Assembly: GCF_000020025.1 (NCBI RefSeq)
Contig: NC_010628.1
Coordinates: 5,400,001 to 5,432,000 of the forward strand
DNA: 32,000 nt
Direction of reading: 5' to 3'
DNA from: Nostoc punctiforme PCC 73102
GTDB taxonomy: Bacteria; Cyanobacteriota; Cyanobacteriia; Cyanobacteriales; Nostocaceae
Positions 1 to 9,393 of this stretch are shown piece by piece. The notes below the pieces were generated by a model that was not told the DNA's origin, did not search any database, and saw nothing but the letters and a program-made list of their open reading frames with translations. Each line of letters begins with the position of its first letter. The stretch's first letter is position 1. Made by a program: the position numbers and the translations under genes.

Positions 1-368
1 AAGATAATTACAAACTGCTTTTGGAGTGAAATTCTTTCGACTATAATTGTTTCACCTATCTTAGGAATTTGAGGCACATTCACTAAAAATGTCTCAACTT
101 TTGGTTTATCTAGTGGATTTTTGAAATTGAAGTATTTACAGTAAACAATAATTTTCACTTAGACAACCACCAATAACATCATAGATAATCAAAATTATCC
201 TTTAATTTAAAAATTGTAAATATTATAATAGTTTATTAAAAATATCTACCAGCTTATACCAATCCTCAAAAATCAGGCTACAGATGTAAATCTGTAAACC
301 AAAACGAAATTTGACAAGTTTACTATGTTAGCGAGACCTTGAGCCTCATTACGAATTACGAATTAGTG

Positions 369-2018
369 TTATTTCCCCTGCCACATCTGCCGTAACAACT
401 GAAAAATCTTTACAAATCTCTCTTCAAGCCAGAGCATAGCATAATCAACCCATTCCAGAAGTTGCTCTAAGGGATGCTTCTCATAGCCTGTTGAAGTTGC
501 TTTGGTTTCTATCCAGTCTGGCTGTGCCTCAACTTGACTGCTTTGATGAAACTGCTGTTGCAAAATTTCCCCTTTACGAATCTCGCGTTTAGTTAGGGAA
601 GTATGGGCTTGGGTTTGTTTTGCAGCGGCAACTTTTCCAGATATTTTTTGACTTGAGGCAAGATTACTAATTGCTTGTTTCCTTTGCACCAAGCCAGATC
701 CGATCTTAGGCTGTTTTACAGTTAAATTATTTTGTGGAAAATGCCCTACTGATAAACTTGCAGCTAAAGCAGGATTTTTCATTTGAGAAAGTGTAACTGA
801 CTTGTCAGTAACGGTTTCGGTGTCACCAAATAAATCATTCCATGTTAGCCAAGGATCAATACCTAAATCCTGGTTCTCCAACAGAGGGCTTTTAGATAAG
901 GCTTTTCTAAAGCGTGATGACAATAGTTTACCTGAAAATTGCTCATCACTAGTTGTTGAATCAAGTGTTTTTCTATTACCAACACCAAAAAAGTAATTAA
1001 GCGCCGCCTCAATCAAAGCCTGAATGTTCAGTGTATGAGTTTCCAAACCATCAGCAGTGGTTGCAATTTCTCCCCTAGCAGCTAATTGCTCTTTGCCATA
1101 AAGAAATATGTTTAACTGAGTTTGGGCAACTTGAACAATTTCCTGGCTACGTTCTTGCACAGGTACTAAAGCATTTGACTCCAACTTAGCAACAGCTATA
1201 TCTAGAAACGCTAGTAATCTTTTAGTATTAAGTAAATCTTTTGATATACCCTCAGCTAAAGCTGGAATTTTGGTTGTATTTCCATCAGTGAGTTTTGCTA
1301 ATAAACGGTCAATCTGTGGTAATAGCTCTGTTTCTTTTTTGACTATAATCAACCGCCAGGACTGCCAGTAATTAGCAACTTCGTTAATAATTCGATTTTC
1401 TAACTTTGCCTGCTGCTGGGGTGTCAAAATATCTAGAATTTCATTTTCGGTAGTAACAAGCACTAAACTCCGATTCATCAAATTTGTGGCAATTCCCCGC
1501 ACTGCTGGAAAATGCTGTTTTAGAGCGTTATCTAACTGTAAAGAGTTGATAATCTCCGCTTTATTCTCTGTAATACTTGAAGATTCTATATAACTTACGT
1601 TATTTGTCGAGTTTTTATCAACAAACTTCAGCCGAAAAATTCCCAATAAAGCCAAGGGATTGAAAGTTTCAGATGTTTTTGTAGGAGTGGAGACGGCTTC
1701 ATCTGACAACACGTAATTGACTGCTTCTAGTACTTGTTGAATAGGACTATCAGCATTTGGAATTTCGGGCTGGAAATCGGTATCATTTGGTTGTAACTTT
1801 AGTCTAGTTTGTGGCTCTTTGGTCTGTAGCGTTTTCCCGGATGATTCAGATGACTGAAACAGTAGATACACTGGGTAAAGTAGTGCCTCCACACCCCACT
1901 TAGTGGCAACTTGCAAATGCCGGAAGGTGTGTTCCCACTGTTGTGTCACCCGCCGAGATTGCTGGTGGACAAAGTTAAATAGTCTGCTTTGATAACGACC
2001 AGAGGAACCAGAAGACAT
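369..2018 (-). CDS. conserved hypothetical protein (549 aa), function unknown
   Basis: Long uninterrupted ORF with an ATG start, divergent from the mannosidase gene across an 87-bp spacer. I recognise no catalytic motif. The protein is Q/S/T-rich with predicted helical stretches. Confidence 0.65.
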   Translation of the reverse strand: MSSGSSGRYQSRLFNFVHQQSRRVTQQWEHTFRHLQVATKWGVEALLYPVYLLFQSSESSGKTLQTKEPQTRLKLQPNDTDFQPEIPNADSPIQQVLEAVNYVLSDEAVSTPTKTSETFNPLALLGIFRLKFVDKNSTNNVSYIESSSITENKAEIINSLQLDNALKQHFPAVRGIATNLMNRSLVLVTTENEILDILTPQQQAKLENRIINEVANYWQSWRLIIVKKETELLPQIDRLLAKLTDGNTTKIPALAEGISKDLLNTKRLLAFLDIAVAKLESNALVPVQERSQEIVQVAQTQLNIFLYGKEQLAARGEIATTADGLETHTLNIQALIEAALNYFFGVGNRKTLDSTTSDEQFSGKLLSSRFRKALSKSPLLENQDLGIDPWLTWNDLFGDTETVTDKSVTLSQMKNPALAASLSVGHFPQNNLTVKQPKIGSGLVQRKQAISNLASSQKISGKVAAAKQTQAHTSLTKREIRKGEILQQQFHQSSQVEAQPDWIETKATSTGYEKHPLEQLLEWVDYAMLWLEERFVKIFQLLRQMWQGK

Positions 2019-2105
2019 AGTAGTAATTTTTTAGTTCAAGTCTTGTTAAGTTGTGAGACTCGCGCCAAACAATAAAAATAACCAACACCTCATCTTAGCG
2101 AATAT

Positions 2106-5100
2106 ATGACCCCGACTGTCTCTCAATCTCATACCAAAATCATCTCACAAGCAATTGAGCAACTGCGCTCTTTTTGCCAAGTTAATCTTCAGTCTAGCTG
2201 GCTATACCAGGAATCTAACCTGATTATTACTGATGTTGTCGCTGCTGATTTGTCTCATTGGCAACCTGTTCAGTTGAATGCTAAAGAACATATCGCTTGG
2301 ACAGGTGGGAAAAATGTACTATGGCTAGTGCAAAGGTTGGTAGTGCCCCAAGATTTACAGGGTTATCCTTTAGCTGGGTTATCTTTGCGGCTGGCGCTGG
2401 TTTGGTGGGCAGATTCTGCTGAGATTTATGTGAATGGGGAGTTAGTACTGGAGGGTGATTTATTTGATTGTTCGCCGAGAGTGCTTCTCAGTCAGGGGGT
2501 AACACCAGGGGAAGAGTTTATTGTGGCTTTGCGGTTAGTGAGTCCGGGACATTGTGATGGTGCTTTAGTGCGATCGCTCCTAGTTTATGAGTCTACTGTT
2601 GATAATAATCCCGATCCGGGTTTTGTGGCTGATGAATTAGCTGTGGTGCAGCTTTATTTGGAAAGGTTTGCGCCGGAGAAGTTGGATGCTTTGGTAGAGG
2701 TGGTGGAGGAGGTTACGAACCGCAGAGGCGCAGAGGGCACAGAGAAGGGAGAGTTAGCAAAGTCGTTTTTGTCTCTACGTCAAAATTTAATTCAATCCGA
2801 TATCTTAGCCGAGGGTTGGGGGGATCAAAAATCTAAAATTTTCTTATTGGGTCATGCTCACTTAGATTTAGCATGGCTATGGCCTGTGAGTGAAACTTGG
2901 AATGCGGCGCAAAACACTTTTGAGTCGGTTCTGAAGTTGCAAGAAGATTTCCCTGAGCTAATTTTCTGTCATTCGACTCCCGCACTTTACGCTTGGATTG
3001 AAGAACATCGCCCGGATTTATTTCAGGCGATTCAAGCACAGGTAGCTGCTGGACGTTGGGAAGTTGTCGGCGGAATGTGGGTGGAACCGGAACTCAATCT
3101 AATTGCTGGTGAATCAATAGTCCGTCAGCTATTGTATGGTCAACGATACATCCAGGAAAAGTTTGGACAGTTTTCAACTATGGTATGGGTTCCAGATACT
3201 TTTGGTTTCTGTGCAACTTTACCGCAGTTTTTCGCTAATGCCGGAATTGAGTATTTTGTCACCCAAAAGTTGCGGTGGAATGATACTACTAAATTTGATT
3301 ATGGGGCTTTTTGGTGGCGATCGCCTGACGGTAGCGAAGTCTTTAGTTTGATGTCTGCACCTATCGGTGAAAACATTGACCCAGTTAAAATGGCATCCTA
3401 CGCTCTGGAATGGCAATCCCAAACTGGTTTATCAGAATCCTTCTGGCTTCCTGGTGTCGGCGACCACGGCGGCGGCCCCACTCGTGATATGTTAGAAACC
3501 GCCCAACGTTGGCAAAAGTCGCCTTTCTTCCCAGATTTAGAATTCACGACGGCTGAAAAGTATTTACAGCAAATTGTAGAGACGCGATGGATCGCGTCTG
3601 TCAGTAATTATAATTCCCCCCCAGCCTCCCCAGCTCCCCCTGCCTTCCCCACCTGGGATGACGAACTATACCTCGAATTCCATCGCGGTTGTTACACTAC
3701 CCACGCAGACCAAAAACGCTGGAATCGTCGCTGTGAAAATTTATTGTATGAAGCTGAACTATTTGCTACCTTGGCAACCATAAGTTGTGGTGCGACATAT
3801 CCTAAAGCAGAAATTGAAGCAGCTTGGAAGCAGGTTTTATTTCAACAGTTTCACGATATTTTACCTGGTTCTTCAATTACTCAAGTTTACACAGATGCGT
3901 TACCCCAGTGGCAGCAAGTGGAAAAAGTAGGGATGAAGATATTACAAGAATCACTTTTAGCGATCGCATCTCACATTACCTTATCAGAACCACCAAAACC
4001 CAATAGTTTACCTATTTTCGTTTTCAATTCTCTCAATTGGCAGCGTTCTGAGGTAGTCTCTGTTGCCTTACCCACATCACAAGAATGGCAGATTTACGAT
4101 ACTTCTGGAAAGCAGCTTGTCTCCCAATTATCTGAACCATCAACCCTACTATTTCTCGCCACCGAAATTCCACCCGTAGGCTACCGCATATTTTGGCTTT
4201 CCCCCTCATCCCCTTCATTCCCCCCATCTCCTTCACTCCTCTCAGACTGGATTTTAGAAAATGAATTCTTGCGAGTTGTTATCGATCCTGATACTGGAGA
4301 TTTATCAAGTGTTTTTGATAAAACTTATCAACGAGAACTTTTGAGTGGTGCGGGAAATCAACTACAAGCTTTTAAAGATAGCGGTCAATATTGGGATGCT
4401 TGGAATATAGACCCCAATTATGCCCAACATCCCTTACCCTCAACAAATCTTCAATCTATTCAGTGGCTAGAAGAAGGGCCAGTACAAAGTCGTGTGCGCG
4501 TGGTGCGTCAATTGGGTGAATCGGAATTTTGCCAAGACTATATTTTGCAAGCTGGTTCACCTTTACTGAAGATAACTACTACCGTCAATTGGCAAGAAAA
4601 TCATGTATTGGTGAAAGCTGCTTTTCCTCTGAATATCGAAGCAGACTTTGCTACTTATGAAATTCCCTGTGGCGCGATTCGCCGGACAACTAAACCGCAA
4701 ACCCCCGCAGAAGAGGCAAAATGGGAAGTCCCCGCTTTGCGTTGGGCGGATTTAACAGGAGAAACACAGGAGGGTATTCACGGAGTTAGTTTGCTAAATG
4801 ATTGTAAATATGGTTACGATAGCAAACCAAATCAACTCCGCCTAACACTGCTACGCAGCCCTAATTGGCCAGACTCAGAGGCTGATAAAGGTTTTCATGA
4901 GTTTACATATACCTTGTATCCTCATGCTGGTAGCTGGGAATCAGCCCATACGGTACGGCGTGGCTATGAATTGAATATACCGTTACAAGTGATATTGAAT
5001 CCTCCTAATGAAAACCCTCCCCTTTCTACTGGTAAAGATGGGTTGGGGGTGAGTTTCCTAGATTTATCAGCTGAAAATTTAATCTTGATGGCCTTGAAGC

Positions 5101-5330
5101 CATCTGAAGATAACCCACAGCAGTTAATTCTACGGTGTTATGAATGTCACGGAGAAACAGCCGAGTTATCTTTGCAAAGTAATTTAGGGTTAAATCTAGG
5201 AGATACAGTAGATTTGTTAGAGCGTTCCTCTACTACTGAATTCTCATCTAGGCAACAAATTTTAACAATACAGCCTTGGAAAATCGCCAGTTTTAAGGTA
5301 ATACCAGCGATAAATTCTAGGCTGGAGTGA
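2106..5330 (+). CDS. glycoside hydrolase family 38 alpha-mannosidase
   Basis: 1074-aa ORF with GH38 N-terminal catalytic signatures visible in the translation (LLGHAHLDLAWLWP, GGMWVEPE, VPDTFG, GVGDHGGGP). The length is typical of cytosolic bacterial GH38 enzymes. Confidence 0.9.
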   Translation: MTPTVSQSHTKIISQAIEQLRSFCQVNLQSSWLYQESNLIITDVVAADLSHWQPVQLNAKEHIAWTGGKNVLWLVQRLVVPQDLQGYPLAGLSLRLALVWWADSAEIYVNGELVLEGDLFDCSPRVLLSQGVTPGEEFIVALRLVSPGHCDGALVRSLLVYESTVDNNPDPGFVADELAVVQLYLERFAPEKLDALVEVVEEVTNRRGAEGTEKGELAKSFLSLRQNLIQSDILAEGWGDQKSKIFLLGHAHLDLAWLWPVSETWNAAQNTFESVLKLQEDFPELIFCHSTPALYAWIEEHRPDLFQAIQAQVAAGRWEVVGGMWVEPELNLIAGESIVRQLLYGQRYIQEKFGQFSTMVWVPDTFGFCATLPQFFANAGIEYFVTQKLRWNDTTKFDYGAFWWRSPDGSEVFSLMSAPIGENIDPVKMASYALEWQSQTGLSESFWLPGVGDHGGGPTRDMLETAQRWQKSPFFPDLEFTTAEKYLQQIVETRWIASVSNYNSPPASPAPPAFPTWDDELYLEFHRGCYTTHADQKRWNRRCENLLYEAELFATLATISCGATYPKAEIEAAWKQVLFQQFHDILPGSSITQVYTDALPQWQQVEKVGMKILQESLLAIASHITLSEPPKPNSLPIFVFNSLNWQRSEVVSVALPTSQEWQIYDTSGKQLVSQLSEPSTLLFLATEIPPVGYRIFWLSPSSPSFPPSPSLLSDWILENEFLRVVIDPDTGDLSSVFDKTYQRELLSGAGNQLQAFKDSGQYWDAWNIDPNYAQHPLPSTNLQSIQWLEEGPVQSRVRVVRQLGESEFCQDYILQAGSPLLKITTTVNWQENHVLVKAAFPLNIEADFATYEIPCGAIRRTTKPQTPAEEAKWEVPALRWADLTGETQEGIHGVSLLNDCKYGYDSKPNQLRLTLLRSPNWPDSEADKGFHEFTYTLYPHAGSWESAHTVRRGYELNIPLQVILNPPNENPPLSTGKDGLGVSFLDLSAENLILMALKPSEDNPQQLILRCYECHGETAELSLQSNLGLNLGDTVDLLERSSTTEFSSRQQILTIQPWKIASFKVIPAINSRLE

Positions 5331-5461
5331 GCCACTATTGCTGTGTCAGTGGCCACTTGTGGTTTTCCACAGACCACCAACCACTGACAAATGACCAATA
5401 CTTCGGCTTACCTCGACTTCGCTCGGCACAAGTCGCTCAGTACAAGTGACAAATGACTCTT

Positions 5462-5593
5462 TTAATCTTCGTGATCGTCAAACGGATCGTTCAATTCCTT
5501 GCTAGGAGGGCCAAAAGAGGTATAAATTGAAATTCCGGTGATTGCAACCACCACGGCGGCCATAGAAATGCTAAGAACTATTGCGGGTTCCAT
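5462..5593 (-). CDS. psbN: photosystem II protein PsbN (43 aa)
   Basis: Hand translation of the minus strand gives MEPAIVLSISMAAVVVAITGISIYTSFGPPSKELNDPFDDHED. This matches the PsbN pattern (TM helix, then FGPPSK..DPF..HED). It is divergent from psbH, the canonical arrangement. It is absent from the ORF track because it is under 60 aa. Confidence 0.85.
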   Translation of the reverse strand: MEPAIVLSISMAAVVVAITGISIYTSFGPPSKELNDPFDDHED

Positions 5594-5678
5594 AATTGAG
5601 GGATAGATGATGAGTGCTATTCTTATAGAATATTACAGAAGATTAAAAAAAGCTTTGGCAAGTAATATTAGGTGAACT

Positions 5679-5882
5679 ATGGCACAAAGGACTAGGTTGG
5701 GAGATATCCTGAAACCACTTAACTCTGAGTATGGAAAAGTGGCTCCAGGTTGGGGTACTACCCCTGTGATGGCTGTTTTTATGGCGCTATTTTTTGTGTT
5801 TTTGCTGATTATTCTGCAACTTTACAATAGATCACTCTTAGTTCAGGATGTACTAGTCGATTGGCGGAGTTTAGGACGCTAA
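5679..5882 (+). CDS. psbH: photosystem II reaction centre protein H
   Basis: [47 protein letters not shown] is near-identical to known cyanobacterial PsbH. Confidence 0.95.
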   Translation: MAQRTRLGDILKPLNSEYGKVAPGWGTTPVMAVFMALFFVFLLIILQLYNRSLLVQDVLVDWRSLGR

Positions 5883-5923
5883 CAGATACACCGCTATCAA
5901 GTTTGTATAACAAGTTAAATTAC

Positions 5924-5947
5924 ACCCGGTTCTTCCGGGTTTTTTTG
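5924..5947 (+). terminator. intrinsic terminator downstream of psbH
   Basis: Stem acccgg (5924-5929) pairs with ccgggt (5935-5940) around a 5-nt loop, followed directly by tttttt (5941-5946). Confidence 0.7.
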
Positions 5948-6032
5948 TGAATGGTCAGTGCATACTAACTATTGAGTAGACTACATAATATATGAGTTTC
6001 TGTAGTGGTTCTATAGTTGACAGGAGACAAAA

Positions 6033-6308
6033 ATGAATATATTTGGTATCGGTCTGCCGGAAATGGCTGTAATTATGGTAGTGGCACTGTTAATCTTTGG
6101 TCCAAAGAAGCTACCAGAAATTGGTCGGAGTGTGGGTAAAACAATCCGTAGTTTCCAAGAAGCTTCTAAGGAGTTTCAAAGCGAGTTTCAAAAAGAAGCA
6201 GAACAGTTAGAAGAAACTGTCAAGACTACTGCTGAATTAGAACCTAAGCAAATCTACCCTGCTAAATCGGAGCAGGATACTACCGCTAGTTCTTCTCAAC
6301 CTAGCTAG
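6033..6308 (+). CDS. tatA: twin-arginine translocase subunit TatA/E
   Basis: MNIFGIGLPEMAVIMVVALLIFGPKKLPEIGRSVGKTIRSFQ is the classic TatA TM plus amphipathic helix. An aggag RBS lies about 8 nt upstream of the ATG. Confidence 0.9.
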   Translation: MNIFGIGLPEMAVIMVVALLIFGPKKLPEIGRSVGKTIRSFQEASKEFQSEFQKEAEQLEETVKTTAELEPKQIYPAKSEQDTTASSSQPS

Positions 6309-6341
6309 GAGACTGCTGGATATCAATTGACTGTAGGCAAA

Positions 6342-6983
6342 ATGACAGAAGCTGCTACGCAACCAGCTTTGGTGATTCCCCAGCTAATTGTCGGGTTGGG
6401 GAATCCAGAAAGCAAGTACGACCAAACACGCCATAATATCGGCTTTGCTGCTGTAGAAGCCCTCTCCCGTTCTTGGCGCATTTCCTTAGCAGAAAACCGC
6501 AAGTTTCAAGGTGAGTATGGCGAAGGTATGGCACCAGGTGGAGGTAAGATTCGCTTGCTAAAGCCGTTAACTTATATGAATCGCTCAGGACAGTCAATTC
6601 AAGCGGTGACAAGTTGGTATAAATTGCCGCCTGAGTCAGTGCTGATAATTTACGACGATATGGATTTGCCTTTGGGAAAAACTCGGCTGCGCCTATCTGG
6701 TTCGGCCGGGGGACATAACGGGATGAAAAGTGCGATCGCACATCTGAGTACCCAAAACTTTCCCCGTTTACGAATCGGTATTGGTAAACCCAAAGGTGCA
6801 GCTGATAACGATGATTCTAATACTGTCTCCCATGTGCTGGGGCGATTCTCCTCTGCCGAAAATCAGCAAATGTCTCTTGTACTTCAGTTCGTGGTTGAGT
6901 GTATTGAACTAAGCCTCAAGCAGGGAGTAGAAAAGGCGATGAATGTTTGTAATAGCCGCACCATTAATAATTCTGAGTCTTAG
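6342..6983 (+). CDS. pth: peptidyl-tRNA hydrolase
   Basis: LIVGLGNPESKYDQTRHNIGF and GHNGMKS motifs. The track ORF begins at TTG 6327, but ATG 6342 is the more likely start. Confidence 0.9.
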   Translation: MTEAATQPALVIPQLIVGLGNPESKYDQTRHNIGFAAVEALSRSWRISLAENRKFQGEYGEGMAPGGGKIRLLKPLTYMNRSGQSIQAVTSWYKLPPESVLIIYDDMDLPLGKTRLRLSGSAGGHNGMKSAIAHLSTQNFPRLRIGIGKPKGAADNDDSNTVSHVLGRFSSAENQQMSLVLQFVVECIELSLKQGVEKAMNVCNSRTINNSES

Positions 6984-7214
6984 GGGCCAGTTTGTTTACT
7001 AAAGGCGTTTATTTTGGTTGATGGGCAGCGATTTTAGCTTGCTCTATCCAACCGAAATAAAGCCTTTAACGCGCTCTATACCCTAATTGAAGTGCGGCAT
7101 AGTTTGCTTAATTTTTGTAAGAATAATGGCGATGTCTAAGAAGGGCTATGCCTAAGCGCTATTGCCTGTTTTAGGTCATAACCTCAAGCAACGCCAGTAT
7201 TACACCAAATAGGT

Positions 7215-7394
7215 TTATTTAAAAGTTCTTTTGCGTCTAGCTGCCACTGCCTTACGTTTGCGTTTTTCAATGGGTGTTTCAAAGTGCCGATGATATTTTA
7301 CATCAGCTAATATCCCAGCTTTGGAAACCTGACGTTTAAACCGACGCAAAGCTGAGTCTATTGCTTCATTCTCTCCAAGAATCACTTGTGTCAT
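7215..7394 (-). CDS. rpsU: 30S ribosomal protein S21 (59 aa)
   Basis: Hand translation gives [59 protein letters not shown], which is the S21 signature (ALRRFKR..K.G). It is one codon short of the 60-aa track cutoff. Confidence 0.85.
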   Translation of the reverse strand: MTQVILGENEAIDSALRRFKRQVSKAGILADVKYHRHFETPIEKRKRKAVAARRKRTFK

Positions 7395-7687
7395 TCTTGC
7401 TTATTCCTCATAATCAACATTTTCCATTGTAATAGTAGCCTCAACCTTAGTAAAACCCCCCGTTCTAAAGTCATTATTAAGAGGCTATCTATCCAGATGA
7501 CACGGATTATGTGTGCCTGTCGAACCTCAAATTGGCACTTAACTAAAAGTTAATTTAAGCGCTCTAATGCACTCTCAGCAATAGTAAAGTAGATAGAGAA
7601 ATTATAATGTCAAATTTTCCTGACTGTAATAGAAATTGGCGATAAGTGTAGTTTTGGCTACCATCGTAATCCTAAGTTATTCGTGAG

Positions 7688-7721
7688 GCAGAAAATACCC
7701 AACTTCTGTGAAAAGTTGGGG
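7688..7721 (-). terminator. possible intrinsic terminator of the 7800-8144 gene
   Basis: Stem cccaactt (7698-7705) pairs with aagttggg (7713-7720). On the minus strand it is followed by tattttct. Confidence 0.4.
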
Positions 7722-7799
7722 AACTGTGACTTTCAATTCTCATTAATCAAATAAGATTGCTATCGCAACTATGAGAAAATTTGATTATATTTCAAAACT

Positions 7800-8144
7800 T
7801 TAAAAGTTGATTCTGCCCTCATTCAATAATTTATATCCGGCTGCTAATGCGCCAAAAGCAACAAATAGATTCCATAAGCTAGTCGATCTGAAAATTACTC
7901 CACCACTCAAGAAAACTAGTACTATCCCAATACCTAACAAAATCCATCCAAGCTGACTAGCTTCTCTGCGAAAAAACACCAATGTAAACACACCTGCCAT
8001 AATCGCTAATACGGAAACTGTCGCTGGTAATCTGCTAGAAAAAGGTATGTAGTAACCGCTAACAAATATAATATTTTGACCAAAAAAGTACAACCCTGTG
8101 AAAAATAGGATTAAACCTATAAGTTTTATTAACAATCTGCCCAT
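7800..8144 (-). CDS. small integral membrane protein (114 aa, about 4 TM helices)
   Basis: The ORF is hydrophobic throughout (LIGLILFFTGLYFF, VSVLAIMAGVFTLVFF, GWILLGIGIVLVFL, LFVAFGALAAGY). No family recognised. Confidence 0.6.
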   Translation of the reverse strand: MGRLLIKLIGLILFFTGLYFFGQNIIFVSGYYIPFSSRLPATVSVLAIMAGVFTLVFFRREASQLGWILLGIGIVLVFLSGGVIFRSTSLWNLFVAFGALAAGYKLLNEGRINF

Positions 8145-8553
8145 AATATTTTTATATTTTTAATATCTGAAGCCAATTTTAACCCGATTTGTAGGGGAAT
8201 TTTTAAACCGCTACTAAATTTTACGTAAAATTGATTAAATTTAAGTGAATATACTGTATATCAGTCCAGACTGGCTAAAGATGTCAGTACAAGTAATGTT
8301 GATTACATGAAGTAGTCCTTGCCAGGGTGCGATCGAGGTGCTTTAATAGCGATGTCTGACGACAAGAAGTAAAGCTTCTACGCATTCCGCAAAATAGTTT
8401 TACTTACAAAATTATGTACAAGACGCGCAGCGACTCGACATCGCTGCTGGTGTTCATAAAATTACAGACTCAAAACATTAAACTCTAAAGATATGACAAG
8501 CTAGTAGCATATCTTTGACACTAAATTCTCCCAAAAGCCGAATAGGAGCATAC

Positions 8554-9390
8554 ATGGAGCCAATTATTGCTATAGTTTTAGCCCTTATAGGTTATGCATT
8601 AGGTTCTGCAAAACTGATTAATCAAGGAAATGAAGCCCTAGTCGAACGTTTGGGGCGGTATCATCGGAAACTTAAACCTGGGCTGAACTTTATTGTTCCC
8701 TTGGTAGATCAGATTGTGATGGAAGATACTACGCGAGAGCAGTTTACAGACATCAAACCTCAGAATGTGATCACCCAAGATAATATTTACGTAGAAGTGG
8801 ATGCTATTGTATACTGGCGCATTCGAGATATTGAGAGAAGCTTTTACGCGATTGAGGATCTGCAAGGGGCATTAACACAGATAACTACAACTACGCTCCG
8901 AGAAATCATTGCCCAAAATACCCTAGAGCAGACCAACGTCTCTAGAGCAGAGATGGACTCAGCTATATTAGATCAGTTGAATAATGTAACGGCAGATTGG
9001 GGAGTTGAGATTCTCCGGTTAGATATTCAGAGAATTACCCTACCTGAAAGTGTGCGAAAGTCTAGAGAAGAGGAGCAAGCCGCCGTCATCAAAAAACGGG
9101 CGCTAATTACCGAAGCCGAAGGGGAAAAGGAAGCTGCTATTAAGAAAGCAGAAGGAACTATGGCTTCAGTGCAAATCATCTCCCAAGCTCTCCGTTCCAA
9201 TCCAGATAGTAGAGACATTTTGCGGTATCTCGTGGCTCAAGATTATGTAGATGCTAGCCAAAAACTTGGTGAGAGCAGTAATGCCAAAATTGTCTTTGTC
9301 GACCCAGCTAACTCAAGTGAAATGTTTCAGGAGTTGATAGCCGAGTCAGTAACACAAGAAGGTAACGGCAAAAAAAACGAAGAACGGTAA
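8554..9390 (+). CDS. SPFH/band-7 (stomatin/prohibitin-like) membrane protein
   Basis: N-terminal TM helix, then an SPFH core (VERLGRYHRKLKPGLNFIVP, ITQDNIYVEVDAIVYWRI, TTLREIIAQ, WGVEILRLDIQ) and a coiled-coil tail. ATG 8554 is preferred over TTG 8515 because aggag sits 5 nt upstream. Confidence 0.85.
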   Translation: MEPIIAIVLALIGYALGSAKLINQGNEALVERLGRYHRKLKPGLNFIVPLVDQIVMEDTTREQFTDIKPQNVITQDNIYVEVDAIVYWRIRDIERSFYAIEDLQGALTQITTTTLREIIAQNTLEQTNVSRAEMDSAILDQLNNVTADWGVEILRLDIQRITLPESVRKSREEEQAAVIKKRALITEAEGEKEAAIKKAEGTMASVQIISQALRSNPDSRDILRYLVAQDYVDASQKLGESSNAKIVFVDPANSSEMFQELIAESVTQEGNGKKNEER

Positions 9391-9393
9391 TAC

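Noticed and set aside
1-158. Minus-strand open frame from GTG 158-156 running off the left edge (VKIIVYCKYFNFKNPLDKPKVETFLVNVPQIPKIGETIIVERISLQKQFVII...).
   Set aside because: Only about 52 codons are visible. The start would be GTG with no RBS, the DNA is AT-rich so open frames arise easily, and I recognise no motif. It cannot be supported without the upstream sequence.
6355-6741. Track ORFs lying antisense to, or out of frame within, strong genes. Examples: 6355-6741, 16325-16639, 20384-20644, 27453-27860, 31215-31676, 5147-5398, and the many 60-90-aa ones.
   Set aside because: Each lies wholly within a longer ORF that has clear family motifs. Their translations are low-complexity or arginine/serine-rich, as is typical of antisense frames.
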